NCBI RefSeq assembly: GCF_009914755.1
Contig: NC_060939.1
Origin: the human T2T-CHM13v2.0 reference genome, Homo sapiens
Length of the DNA stretch: 64,000 bases
Direction: 5' to 3' (one strand)
Shown here: positions 1 through 13,656 of the stretch, one piece after another
How positions within the stretch are numbered: the stretch's first letter is position 1
Layout of the letters: each line of letters starts with the position of its first letter
Notes under the pieces: model-generated
Database searches by the model: none
Told to the model about the DNA's origin: nothing
What the model saw: the letters and a program-made list of their open reading frames with translations, nothing else
Program-made: the position numbers and the translations under genes

Positions 1-52
1 ACAAACCTGTACATTCTGCACATGTATCCCAGAACTTAAACTATTAAAAAAG
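1..52 (+). mobile_element. L1PA-type LINE-1 3' end, truncated by the window edge
   Basis: ACAAACCTGTACATTCTGCACATGTATCCCAGAACTTAAA followed by an A-rich tail matches the primate L1 3' UTR terminus. Confidence 0.8.
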
Positions 53-71
53 ACCAGGCCTAATTCAGATA

Positions 72-72
<1 letters not shown>

Positions 73-102
<30 letters not shown>

Positions 103-162
103 TGTATGTATATATGTGTGTATATATATATACACATATACACACATATATGTATATATATA
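73..162. repeat. (TATG)n/(TA)n/(CA)n compound microsatellite
   Basis: Directly visible tandem TATG, TA and CA units. Confidence 0.95.
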
Positions 163-2243
163 AAAGAGTAACATATTTTACTACATAGATTCCAAACTTT
201 TCTGCCTGCCTCCTTCCCAGGGGAGGGATGCCCATAACTTCTGGTCAAATTTCAGGAGAAATTCTGAATATACTGGTTTCTCCCATGGCGTTGTACACAT
301 TAATGCCCTTAGCAGTTAAATGAATTATGAATAAATTAGGGGTAAATTTTACAAATAAATGAAAAATAAAAGTTTTTTGCCTACAACTGTAAAAAAAAAA
401 AAGACTGATTCTCCTTATGTATGAACTGTAAGTTTAACTGTTTTGCCCATTTTCCTATTAATATTTTGGGTTTTGTTTTAGAAGTTCCCTATGTGTTAGA
501 AGTGCTAGTCTATTATGTGAGTTACAAGTAGTTTCTTCCCACTTTTAAATTTTCTCATAGTTTTATTACGCATTAAAAATTAATTTGATAGTCAATGTTA
601 TCCATCTTTACCATATTCATAGATTATAAAAACATTAACTTGTTTTCTTTTAATATTTGCATAGTTTTTTTGAAAAAAGAGTTATGTCTTGAATTCACTT
701 AGAGATTGTCCTGGCATTTGGTGTAGCAAATAAATTAAATATATCTTTTCCCATATTGCTATCCAATTATCCCACCATCACATTAGTAGGCCTTTCCCCC
801 CTGCACTGATTTGAGATACTGTCATTATTATTTACTACTTTTATTATGTGTTTTTAATCTGCTTATAAATTTTCTATTCTACTTTTCCTAAGATAAACAT
901 AATTTTGACCCTTTTATCATCTGACTCTCCTTATCTATTAATTCAAGTCACATTTTGACAAACTAGATTCCTTTTTTCTTAGAATATTTAGTGTTCAATT
1001 TTATTCTGGCTCAGTGATTCTCCCTGGAAAGAGAAGATATTTGTCAGAATCATTTGCTAAGGTTTTTTTTTTTTTTCAATTTATATTTTCCTTCTATCTT
1101 AAATTTTCATCATGCCTTTCTAGGGTGGTAAGGTGGAAGTATATGAGTACACACTTGCACACAAATATACACACTTCCACTCACAAGTACAGTATCCCAA
1201 ATGAGCATCTGTTAAGATTGGGATGTGTCATATTTCACAAGAATGTTGGGAAAAAGTAAAGTTTGAAACTTTTGGCTTTGTTAATATATAGGATTTTAAT
1301 AGTATCTAATGTTTATTCATGCTTAATATGTCTCGAAGTGGGCTATTTGATTTATATCTATTTTGTCATTTTCCTTCATAATAACCATGCATAATAGGTA
1401 TAATCTCCTGTTTATAAATGTAGAAACTAAAGCTCATGAAAGCTACGTAATGTGCCCAAAATCATGATTAATAAGAGTCAGTAGAGTTGAATCCAGCTCT
1501 TTGTTTTTTACTTTAAAGCCTGTGCTTTTAAACATTAACCATGGAAAATGACATAGATGGATCCAAGTAATATACTTTGTGCCAACATGATGAGAGCCTG
1601 GATCCCTCTAAATTCTTTCTACTGCTTATGAGCAGTTATACCACAGATGTCTAGGACCTAGAAGGCACATTTCACATTGGCAAACTTACTCTTCCACTCA
1701 CTCCTGATAATGCCCTCATGGATTCTGGGTTGTTATAGTGGTGGGAGGTGAAGTATAAACTTATAATGGGAGGCGTTTGTTTTTCAACCTCTTAAAAGTT
1801 GACATATATCTCCTTACCACTAAGCATATATTTTTTAAATTAAGATGTGACAGTTCTTTTTTTATGTTTTTCACAAAATGGACCAAATAAATTTTTTTTT
1901 AAATTTATAAGCTAGGCTATATTTTCTCTCCTTTCTTCTACTAAACTTAGGATCACACAGGAAGGAACAGGTGTACACAAATACTAATATATTTATGCCT
2001 TTCTTCATTCTAAGAATTAGCAAAAGAATATTTTGAAAGCATAATAACTTTGTATCTGTATTCCAAAATATAACACACAAGTTGTTGAAAGATAAATTGA
2101 GGCAATGTATGTGGAAGTTCCTAGACAATTACTAAATTATATGGGAATGGAGGGCACAATTTTCATGAGCTTTACTAAATAACTTACCAACTTCACTATA
2201 TTTTGTGTCATTATCTGAGATTAATCTCACAGTTATATAAGAT

Positions 2244-3161
2244 CTAAAACTTTACACTAGAATGTGCATCCCATTTTCTCAGCCGTCTTATTGCCGTCTT
2301 CATGTCTTTGTTCCTCAGTGTGTATATAATTGGGTTCAAGAGAGGGGTGATCACAGAATAAAATACAGCAAGGAATTTATCTAATGACTTGATGGGGAAT
2401 GGCCAGGCATAAATAAAGACACATGGTCCAAAGAACAAAAGAACTACTGTAATGTGAGCAGTCAAAGTGGACAGAGCTTTGGACGACTTATCTAAAGGGC
2501 AATGCTGGATGGTCATTAGGATGATAGTGTATGAGATGATTAGAAGAACAAAAGAACACACAGTGAGCACACCACTGTTAGCAATGACCATAATATCTAG
2601 CCTGTAGGTATCTGTACAGGCAAGTTTGATTACCCTAGGAAGGTCACAATAAAAACTATCGACCTCATTGGGACCACAGAAGGGTAAGTGCACGGCAAAG
2701 GCCAACTGGCTCACCGAATGGAGAAAGCCAATTCCCCATGCGACAGCCATAATGCCGACACATGCGTTGCCACACATAATTGTAGTGTAGTGTAGGGGTT
2801 TGCATATTGCTATATATCTGTCAAAGCCCATGGCTATGAGGATCACCATCTCACTCCCACCAAAGAAGTGAAGGAGAAATATCTGAACAAGGCAGCCCTT
2901 GAAAGAGATGACTTTGCGCTGGCTGAAAAAGTCAGTAATCATCTTGGGGGCTGTGACTGAAGACAGAGACAGATCAATGAGTGAGAGGTTGGCTAGCAGG
3001 AAGTACATGGGAGAGTGAAGGTGGGAGTCAGATACCACTGTTATGACAATAAGAAGGTTTCCAAACACGATTCCTCCATAGAATACAAAAAACAACATAA
3101 ATAGGAAGGTCTGGAGTTCCTGAGAATCAGAGAGACCCAGAAAAATGAATTCAGTCACCAT
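2244..3161 (-). CDS. OR4F4: Olfactory receptor family 4 subfamily F, intact 305 aa (best match OR4F4; OR4F5 and OR4F17 are near-identical paralogs)
   Basis: Uninterrupted ORF with OR motifs LHSPMY, MGFDRYIAIC, KALSTL-AH and PLLNPIIYTLRN. QHCPL and AIRRLRK fit OR4F4 as I recall it. An acceptor AG at 3217-3216 opens an in-frame extension VTAEAISWNESTSETNNS. Confidence 0.93.
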   Translation of the reverse strand: MVTEFIFLGLSDSQELQTFLFMLFFVFYGGIVFGNLLIVITVVSDSHLHSPMYFLLANLSLIDLSLSSVTAPKMITDFFSQRKVISFKGCLVQIFLLHFFGGSEMVILIAMGFDRYIAICKPLHYTTIMCGNACVGIMAVAWGIGFLHSVSQLAFAVHLPFCGPNEVDSFYCDLPRVIKLACTDTYRLDIMVIANSGVLTVCSFVLLIISYTIILMTIQHCPLDKSSKALSTLTAHITVVLLFFGPCVFIYAWPFPIKSLDKFLAVFYSVITPLLNPIIYTLRNKDMKTAIRRLRKWDAHSSVKF

Positions 3162-5325
3162 AGAGTTATTCGTTTCACTCGTTGATTCATTCCAGGAAAT
3201 AGCCTCTGCAGTTACCTTGAAGAAGAGAAGGAGAAGGAAGTCAGAATTATTATATTCAAATTCAAAGCCTCATTTTATATCATTCTGCTCACTCTTACAG
3301 TGACTTTCTATAATCTATTACTTAAAGACATTCAGAATTCAACAAGATCATAATTTTGTCTCGCACTACTTCCCTGGCTATGCCTTATAATTCAGTTATC
3401 TCAGCTTCTCAGTGTCTCCATTAATGTTAGGTTTATTCCTAATATAAAATACCATTATTTATGCTTGTCTCTCTGCCAGATTAAGTCTATGCCATAACTC
3501 TATGTTTATCTCCTTTTTCTTTGAACTACAAAACAGTTTGTAGCACGCATGTTATTTGGTGATATTAAAGTTCTTAAGAGAAAAAAATAGGCCAAAATGA
3601 AATGAAAGATAAAAAATAGAAAAAAAGAAAAAATAGTATCACAAATATAATACTTAAAAATTAACAGAGGATAAAAGAATAGGGAATTCAAAAGTGAAGT
3701 GAGAAAAAGTGAGGAAAATGCAATAAAGTTTAAATGAGAGAAAGTGTGAAGGACTTTCATAGGAGATAAAACTGGTAAGAGATTTTGGAATGCTTTCTAA
3801 AGCATTTCTGTTTTATTATAGAGACAAGAACTACTGAAAAATTTTGAATGATTGTTTAATTTAGCTCTGGACTCAATGTGAATTGGAAGGGAGGGAGCTT
3901 GGAATTGGAAGGGAGGGAGCTGATAATAATTATAACAAGCACTAGTATAACAATACTTTACATAGAGATCCCTTTTAGGAGCAGAAATAAATACAGAAAA
4001 AGGTAAAGGATAATGATGACTGTCTAGACACAAGGAGGTATTGTTGGGGCATCTTTGTAAGTTGCTATCTGCCAGGTGAGAGACTGAACACTGACTTCTG
4101 GGCATGAGTTGAGAGCCATTTCAATTGTGTATGGAGGAGAGAAAATAAGTACTGTTTCAAGAAGTTTTGCAGTGAAGAGAAGTAACAAATAAAAGGTGTC
4201 CTGAAAGTGAGGCATAGCCATATTAACAATCTTTGGATTAGGTATAAGAGTTAATGGGCAAGTAAGATGTAAAAGGGAGAAGTGGAAATTGATCACTAAC
4301 ATTCCACGGGAGACATGAAGGTATAGAGTTTACACTTGCCATCTTTTTTGGAGGAATACTGTTATTTGATTTTTGCTGTTTTTTAAAGAACAGTAATTCA
4401 TAGTGCTTGGAAATTCTACTTTTCTCTTTACTACTCTGAATCCCATTTCTTAGTCCTACACACTCAAGCAGCACATTACTGTTTTTAAAGTCCTATAAAA
4501 ATTTAGTGATCTTAAATATTTTTAAGAATAAAGAGAAGTCTAATAGTGGAATAAATCATGAACATTCACTTCAGTTCTCTTCTGCTTAGCACGGTAATAA
4601 ATATAATCATACTAATCATTGACAGTACAAATGATAGGATTTTTATTGTGAGATAATTTCTGTCCTGACTGGTTGGTTGGACTGTTTCTTTTGAATCAAA
4701 GTGTGCAATTTAGAATAGACCTTAAATATGCATTGACATAAAATTAATTCATTTCATTGATAGGCAAGGACAATCTTGAAGTTATATCTTCACATGAAAT
4801 ATGCCAAGGATGAGGTTGACCCGAGGGTTCTCATCTGTAGCAAAAGACTTTCTATCATGGCTGTTAGTAAGAATTCAGGAATGCTATTCTTTAGCAAAAG
4901 GAATTTCTTGCTAACGTAGTTAAGACATCTCTCTCCTGAATTTGTGCTGCTGAGGGGATCCTTCACCACCATAATTCTTTCAAAGCTCATTTCTGACTTT
5001 TCAAAAATTATTCAAAAAAATTTAGAAGAATTGTATTTATTCTAAGTTGAACATTAAGTTTAGGCTTATTAAAGGAGTTCTTCAGAATCTTACACACTCA
5101 TTGTAGCAACCATGAAGAGCCAGCCACTGTTGACAGGTAAAATCTTTCATGCCATAGATTATTCATGGAATTCAACCATTAGAATTATATATAATTCTGT
5201 GAAAATTGCTGTAGTCCCTTGAAGCATAGTAGCATAAAACTGTAAGAGAATAATATGTAGTGAATTGTCCTTTTTAGTAAACCACTTGGTTAATTAAAAG
5301 CCCTTTATGAATGGACTAGATGTAC

Positions 5326-5410
5326 CTGAAGAGATCTGGGAATAGCCAGTCTGAGCTTTGTGTACTGAGACTAACTTTTATAGTCTCACAAGTTTTCCCT
5401 TGGCCATTAG
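5326..5410 (-). promoter_or_regulatory. Putative OR4F 5' non-coding exon (5326-5340) and core promoter
   Basis: Minus strand CCCAGATCTCTTCAG|GTACA donor, matching my recollection of the OR4F5 cDNA start. TATAAAA at 5382-5376. TAATGG abutting CCAAGGGA (homeodomain plus O/E-like) at 5410-5396. Confidence 0.6.
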
Positions 5411-6091
5411 AGAAAACACACAGAATTTTCCTGAGTGAGAGGACATTGCCACAATTTTTTGGCCTATTTGGATATTTTTGCTATCTCACTGAGTCTAAAG
5501 GTGCTTTTTAAAGAATCACAGCAAAACAAATATAATAAAGTTACAAAATTAAAATCCAGATAGGTTAACAAGAGAGTAAGTAATAATGCTTCGATTTTAT
5601 AAAAAGAGGAATGCTTAGAACTTTTATGACCAACTTGTGGAGAAAATATAGAAAAATTGCTTTAACCAATAAAAAACCTCACTTCTTGTAACTTATTTTA
5701 TTTTGCATCTTTAATTACCATGCAGTAGTTAAAAGTGAGCTGAGTGAGTCACCACAATTTATGTTTCTTAAAATAGTCATAGAAATACATCCAAGTGATG
5801 TCTCAGTTGTGTTCCTTGACCACCAAACTTAACAGGTTTTACCTGAAAGATGTCAATCGCCTTCTTTGTCCTAAGCACCTTAAGTTAAGCACAGGCACAT
5901 TAAATGTGCTTTTAAGATCTCAATGGAGTCTCTTCTCCAGGAAATAAATCTCTTCCTATACTTTTAGGTTGTAGATGCTTTTTAAGAGTGACTCGAGAAA
6001 TGCTTTGAAGAAGATTTCAAGGGCAATAGGATTGTGTTGTTAAAAAAGTGTAACATAGACAAATTTTGCATAATACAGAGTACTAGAGTCT

Positions 6092-6331
6092 ATTTTTTTT
6101 ATTATACTTTAAGTTCTAGGGTACATGTGCACAATGTGCAGGTTTGTTACATATGTATACATGTGCCATGTGGGTGTGCTGCACCCATTAACTCGTCATT
6201 TAACACTAGTTATATCTCCTAATGCTATCCCTCCCCCTTCCCCCCACCCCACAACAGGCCCCGGTGTGTGATGTTCCCCTTCCTGTGTCCATGTGTTCTC
6301 ATTGTTCAATTCCCACCTATAAGTGAGAACA
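6092..6331 (-). mobile_element. L1PA 3' fragment
   Basis: Poly-T then ATTATACTTTAAGTTCTAGGGTACATGTGCACAA...AGTGAGAACA, the antisense L1PA 3' UTR. Confidence 0.92.
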
Positions 6332-6870
6332 TTGTACAAAACATATTGACAATCAGCCTGAAAATAATACTTAAGGGTTGTAACAAGCTGTTGACCTTAC
6401 CATTTATCTAACTTAAAGTACAATTAAAATAAAAATTGTTTCTTCCTTGATTTTGGCATTTACTAATTTATATAAACTCATATTTTATCCATTGGATCCA
6501 CATAATTTCCATAAGAAAATTAATTTCCAGTGATGCTTATTATCAGCATAAAAATACTGATAAATAAACCTAGGTCATATATATGTGTATGTGCTTATAT
6601 ACAGATATAAAATAACTACATCAAAATTAAAGATAGTCATTGCTGTTAATTAGATACACACATTAGATAGAAATATATACTTTTTATGATTAACAAAAAA
6701 TGTTGCAACTTTATCTGAAATACAATTCTTAGATTTAATGCATCCTTTTTGCAGATTTTTCAGTTTTTTCAGGCAATACTAAAAATGTGCGCGTTCCATA
6801 GTGATCATGGTGATCACAGGAGTCTTGATGGTCCATGGCATTTATCCTGTGCTCTCATCAACCAAATGTG

Positions 6871-7809
6871 TTATGTCATCTCCATAGAATTTAAAATATG
6901 TTGATTCAGCCTTCTCATTGCAAACTTCATATCTTTGTTCCTTAAAGTATAGATGGCAGGATTTAAGACAGGGGTGACAACAAAGTTCATGATGGCAAAA
7001 AATTTATCCAATGACTTAGTAGGGAAAGGCCACACGTAGAGAAACATGCATGGAGCAAAAAACAAAACCACTACGGTGATGTGAGCCTACGAAGTGAAGA
7101 ATGCTTTGGATAAATCATTTGAGGAATGTCGTTGGACAGTGACCAGAATAAAAATGTATGATACAATTAAGAAAAAGAAGGTGCCCATCGATATGAATCC
7201 ACTGTTGGCAGTGACCACAAATTCTAGCCCATAAGTGTCCATGCATGCAAGTTTAATAACCCGAGGAAAATCACAATAAAAGCTCCCCACATTATTAGGG
7301 CCACAGAAGGGTAAATTTATGACAAAAACAAACTGAGACATAGCATGAATCACCCCAATGACCCAAGCTGCTGCTACCAAAAACATGCACATTTTGGGAT
7401 TCATAATAGTTGGATAGTGGAGAGGTTTGCAGATCGCAGTGTACCTATCATATGCCATGACTATCAGCAGCACCATTTCAACTCCTCCCGTAACATGGAT
7501 AAAGAACTTTTGTATCATACAATTATGGAAGGAAATAACTTTACAATCAGTAAAAAGATCGTAGATCAACCTAGGAACTGTGGTAGATGAAAGGCTCAAG
7601 TCAATGAGCGATAGGTTGGCCAGCAGAATATACATGGGGGAGTGTAAGTGAGGATCAAAGATCACTGTGAACACAATGAAGAGGTTTCCCAGGATAATTC
7701 CCACATAGAATAAAGAGAAGAAGAGAAAAAGGAAAAACTGCATTTCCAAGGATTGTGCAAGTCCAAGTAATACAAATTCTGTTACCAGAGAGTCATTTAC
7801 TTGGTCCAC
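6871..7809 (-). pseudogene. OR4G2P: OR4G-type olfactory receptor pseudogene (OR4G2P/OR4G11P-like), 313 codons, GTG start and one in-frame TAG
   Basis: ORFs 7087..7809 and 6871..7071 share a frame and are separated only by TAG at 7089-7087 (KAFFTS*AHITVV). MAYDRY and NPAIYTLRN motifs present. Acceptor AG at 7844-7843. Confidence 0.88.
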
Positions 7810-8601
7810 TGAATCAGATAGAAGGGAAGACTGTGAAGCAACCTGAAAGAAACGAAGGAATCAACTTAGTGTGACTGAAAATAATGCGTTAAGTGTTAAT
7901 GATTTAAAATTTATTATTAACAAATCTTTTATTTGATAGTAGATTATTTAAAAACTAGTGGGAACCCAGGGTATAAAAGGTTAATGTAATATGGACAAAG
8001 CTGTGCTCAGAGGCAGTCTATTGCTTTAAATGTTCTCAATTGCTCAAATAGATGAACTTATTAGCATCTTAAGAAACTGGAAAAGAATGCATAAAAACTC
8101 AAAAAATTCAAGCCAAAAAAGGTAAAAAACAAAAATAAGGAAATATGAAATCCCAGAAAATGGCAAGATTGTATACCAATATATACAAATAAATGGTTTA
8201 AAAAATACAGAATCTTTAAAAATGCAATCAATAATAACATTAAATAAAAATTAGAATACAAATGCATAATTACGGTTAAGGCATCTCTGAAAGCTGTTTC
8301 CTACATGTGCCTATAATGATCTACCCCAAACTAACACGTGAATCATACTTGAATTTGAAATGCTGTAGAGACAAAAGGTTGATATCTTCATAGTATAAAA
8401 AAGAATTTAAACAGTTTCACAAAATCTCCAAGACCTAATAAATGAACAAATGAAATGAAGGAAGAATTAAAATGTAAGCTATACGTGTATTTGTATATAC
8501 AGATATGTGTGTGTGTGTGTGTATGTGTGTCTTAGAAATCAAAGAAATATGATAAAATGTAATACTATTATGTTTCTGTTACATTAGGAAAAAGTTTTAC
8601 A

Positions 8602-8905
<304 letters not shown>

Positions 8906-10076
8906 TTACAATTTTTATTACCCAAACTGGCTAAGGATCAGAGAAACTGGCACTTTTATACGCTGCTGGAGGGAATATAGACTGATTCAAACCTTAAAGA
9001 AAATATTTTGAAATCATGTATCAAGAATTTTAAGTCCATGCCTTTTGGTGCAATAATAGTCTTGGAATTCTATTTTTACAGAAGTTTTCAGCATAAAAAT
9101 ATTCATCATACTTTGTTGACAGTGATAAAATCTTGAAACGATTTAAATACCAAACATTAGGTTTAAGTATAGTGTATGTACATGACGGACTGTAATAACA
9201 GTTATTAAAATAAATATCAATAGAAGCATTTATAATAACAATGGAAAGACTTTTCTTAAAAATACTAAGAGTAATAATGGTAAAGAAATTGCATAGTACA
9301 ACATGTTAATTAACAGTAGTTGCTTTTGATTTTTAAAAGAGCTTTACAAAGCTCTAAAGCTCTCTTTCTAGATTTTGAAATATCTTTTTGTATACATATT
9401 ATATTTTTTTTTTACAAAACATCAAATGGCATAGAAAGTTGAAGGAATAAATGGTTTATTAAGAATTTTGAAAACTAGGATTGACTCATAGGAGACTAAA
9501 CCAACTAAAGAAATGAAGAACTCTACTACTTCCCTCATTTAATCAATCATTTTTATAATGACTAGAATTTTTTCATAGATGGGATTCTCAAGGAGGTATA
9601 GTTAAGTAAGTGAAGGGTCTTGATTAAACGTCTTGAACTTTGCATAATGCTACCATGAAATGGAAACCTTTTGAGACATTCCATCCAGGCAGTTGACAAA
9701 GCATCTTGCCTGCCTCACTTTGACCAGAGCTGGCCATACTGAACGAATTCTGGTAATCATTAAATAATTATAAGAAAAATTAATGCTCAGGTGCTCTCAT
9801 CAAGTTCAGAGTGAGTGAGGTTAGTAATGATGAAGTGGGAAATATTAAGAGATACACAATAAATGGTCAAAGAAATGCAATATAGTACAATGGGATAAGA
9901 AGAGATAATATTTTGGGAAGAATACAGCAGATGGAAACAAATAGATTTGATTTCTATCTCCACAATATGCATGCATTTTTTTAAACTCTCAGTGAATTTG
10001 TGCATGGCTTTCTACCTTCTCTCATCTAGATATTCTCCTAAATGCTCTTTCCAGCATTTTCTGAATGAAATACATA

Positions 10077-10387
10077 TGGATGGTCCCTGGCTTGTGATAG
10101 TTTGACTTATAATTGTTTGACTTTACAATGGTGAGAAAGTGACATGCATTCAGAAGAAACTGTACTTGAGTATAGTAGTCAGTATATTACGTGAGCTATT
10201 CAATATTTTATTATAAAATAGGCTTTGTATTAGGTGATCTTATATAAGCTAATGAAAGTGTTCTGAGCACATTTAAGGTAGGCTAGGCCAAACTATGATG
10301 TGAGGTACATTAGGAATATTAAATGCATTTTTGACTTATGATGGATTTATCAGGACATAACCCTATTATAAGTCAGAGAGCATCTGT
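10077..10387 (-). mobile_element. MER47A-like Tigger-family DNA element
   Basis: Ends resemble the CAGATGCTC..GACTTA terminal inverted repeats, with flanking TA. Confidence 0.7.
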
Positions 10388-11166
10388 ACATTTTTAACTA
10401 TGTTTTACTATTTTCACTTCATTCATAGTGCTATCCCTGGACTTCTTACCCATATTTAGATCACCCAGATCATAGGGGCTTAAGAACAAAGGATTTTGGG
10501 AGAGGAATTGAACCCGGGAAACATTATAGAGTAAATAAGATTATCCCTGGGAGGTTTCATGGAAATGTCCTTTATGCTGCTGAGCAGAAGGTGTTTGGTG
10601 ACTTACTAAGCTCAACACCAATTCATAAATAGTTATTTATAAAGAAATGAAGTTGAAGCTGAAGAATCATGTTTACTGCTTAGGATCAAGTGTTTTATCC
10701 TGTTAAAACTAAGATACAATATATAAACCAAGCACTCTAGGACTCTCATCATGAAAGTGATATTTCATCTTATAAGAGCAATTCCAAAACAAAAGCAATT
10801 AATGTCTGAATTACTTTGTCATATTTGGAGATTCCTATTACTACTGAAATTCATATTGCTACTGAAATGGTGTTTGTCTTGGAGTGTGAGTGATAATTAA
10901 TTTTCTTAAAGAGGAAAATCCCAAACTACATGAACCTATTAGTCTAAAGACTGAAAAATTCTCTTTATAACATGAACATTTGCCATTTTAAAATAAAACA
11001 ATCGCAATCCAAAATATGAAACTATGGGCGTTCAATATCAGTGTGAAGGAGGCAGAGTCCATAGAATGTTTAAAGAGAGTAAAAAGGAAAGGGAAGAACA
11101 AAGATGAATTGGAAAGAAATTTGGAGAATAAAAGAAGGGTCAGGGGAAGGAATAAGAAAGAATCCC

Positions 11167-11545
<379 letters not shown>

Positions 11546-12224
11546 TTAGGTTACCTTCAGGCTTAAAGCAATATACATTGATGCATTATGAACACCTGAG
11601 AGAGTAGATTTTACTTGAGTTTTCATACACTGTTTATGTATATTGTCACTGCAAACATGGAAAGTAAAAGAAAAGCTGTAGGAAATAGTCACTGATATGT
11701 GGAGAAAAGTTAAGAGTTTAAGCTTGTGAGTGAATAGGTGTGATAATGAGGTATGGTGGGATTGAATGTATAGTTGGATATCACTGGCAGTGGTTCAGCT
11801 AACCGACAGGTGAGTTCTCTTCGAAAAGAATTAGGGAATAAGTGATCAAAATATGCTTTAGCCTCCAGGCAGTATTTTACTTATTCTAATATTTGTAGCT
11901 TTTCATAAATGTAAAATTAAAGTCCATGAGTGCAGGGAAACTTTTTGCATTGTTCAGTGCATAATTACTTGCCTAAAACAGTGCCTGTCTCATAGAAAAA
12001 GCTCAAGAAATACTTGATGAATGAACTTTCTAAAAACAGCATAATAAATTGTCAATATGAGAAATAAAATATTAGCCCCCACAAAAATAGAGAGAAATTG
12101 CATTTTAAAGTACTCCTTCACAAGCTTGTACTTGTTGATGAAAACTCAGTTGCATAAAAAAGGGAGTATTTAAATAAGTGAAGAAAGTCCTACCCATTCT
12201 GTTACAAACATTTGGAATTATTAC

Positions 12225-13483
12225 ATTTTATTGTTGAAGAAATCCTGATGACCCAAAGGAGCTTGTCTAGAGGAAAAGACCATGTGTTTGATTTCTCTGC
12301 CTTCTTAGGAAACACTGATGACTTTGGAAAGCTTCTAGGAGTTCTTCAGAAGCCAAGTTTCCATAGAGTTTGTCATCTTTCCTATTGGAGATTTAAAATT
12401 TGTCAGTCATTTAGGGTCTGGGACACATATCTTCAAACAGGAAATGCAGACTTATATTAAACAAAAAGGATGTTCAGAATTATAGTTTTGTATAGAAGTG
12501 GGAAAGAACTTTGAGATTCTACAGGTAGAATGAGAAACAACACAGTGTGGTTAAATGGCTAACAATACATTCAAGAAGTCAGAATCAGAAGGCAGATCTC
12601 CTAAATTCCAGTTTAATGATCTTTCTCAATAGTGGTCTATGCTTTCTTGGTAGAAACAGTCTTTAAAAAAATCTAGAAGCATATATGTTTGACAGGATCA
12701 CTCTAACCTATTGGAAGAACCCTCTTATTCCCTGAGTTCTTATTTTGTTTAAAATAAAATTAGCATTCACTTCCTAAAATATTATTTCTTCTTTTTCACT
12801 GGGCATTGCTCTTCCCAATTCCCTTTCTTATTTCTTCAACCTGGAACAGTTCCATTTCAGAATTCATAGCCATCAGCTCCTCTGTACCCTCCCCTGGGAT
12901 GAGGCCAAATCTTTCTGAATCTGAGATAGCCTCTCAGCCTATGCATTGGCTGGAGTGTTCCAATGTGGAGGAAGGTAATACCAAAAGAGAGAGAATCACA
13001 CCAGACTGTGGGAGGTAAAGACTTGAGATTCCCTTCCTCTGGTTTAAAACTAAATCTGGTTTTCAAATAGGATGGAAATAGATGAGATCAGACATCTCCT
13101 TTTCAGAGTGGAAAATGAAGTTTATAATGAATTGGAGAGCATGAAAGTTAGAAAACTACACATCTTTAAAGAACTTCATACTAGGGACAAACTGAAATTA
13201 TCATAGGGGTTTATATGTGGGATTAGTTTTATAAGACATAATATAATTTAATGATTAAAATTTGAAAATAAGAGATAGTGTGGAAGAAAAAGATAAAATA
13301 TTTCAGAAAGCAGAAGATTTTGGGCACAAATATGTTACAGAAGAGAAGAAATTGAAAGGGAGTTTAGAAGGATAGAGAGAAGCAACCACGACAGGGAAAG
13401 TTTTGTAATTAAAAGCATCTCTTTTACCTGTCTTTTCAGGCATAGGATGTGCATTTTTAGGAGAAGGAGAAATTCAGATAGCT
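12225..13483 (-). other. Putative upstream non-coding exons of the first OR4G pseudogene (13483-13428 and 12381-12225)
   Basis: Canonical CAG|GTAAAA donor at 13428, TAG| acceptor at 12381 and |GTAAT donor at 12225. Sizes of 56 and 157 nt fit my recollection of the spliced OR4G11P transcript. Confidence 0.55.
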
Positions 13484-13499
13484 TAATCTTCATTTATGT

Positions 13500-13656
13500 A
13501 ATACCCCAAAGACAAAGCTATATATAAGATTCTTCATATTGGAAAGGAAGCTAATTAGCTGCACAGGAGAGGGACCCACTGATGCTGCTGAGACAGACAA
13601 TACCCAGCCCATTATTAGTTTCTCTTGGGGACTAGATCTCTGAGTCACACAATTTC
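13500..13656 (-). promoter_or_regulatory. Putative OR4G promoter module, copy A (TATA, TAATTA, O/E-like, TGAGTCA)
   Basis: TATATATAA 13518-13526, TAATTA 13552, TCTCTTGGGG 13621, TGAGTCA 13641. Homologous to 23265-23425. Confidence 0.6.

Noticed and set aside
12194-12290. ATGs in the putative upstream exon as a rescue start for the OR4G pseudogene
   Set aside because: Spliced to 7842 they read out of frame or stop, and the TM6 TAG remains.
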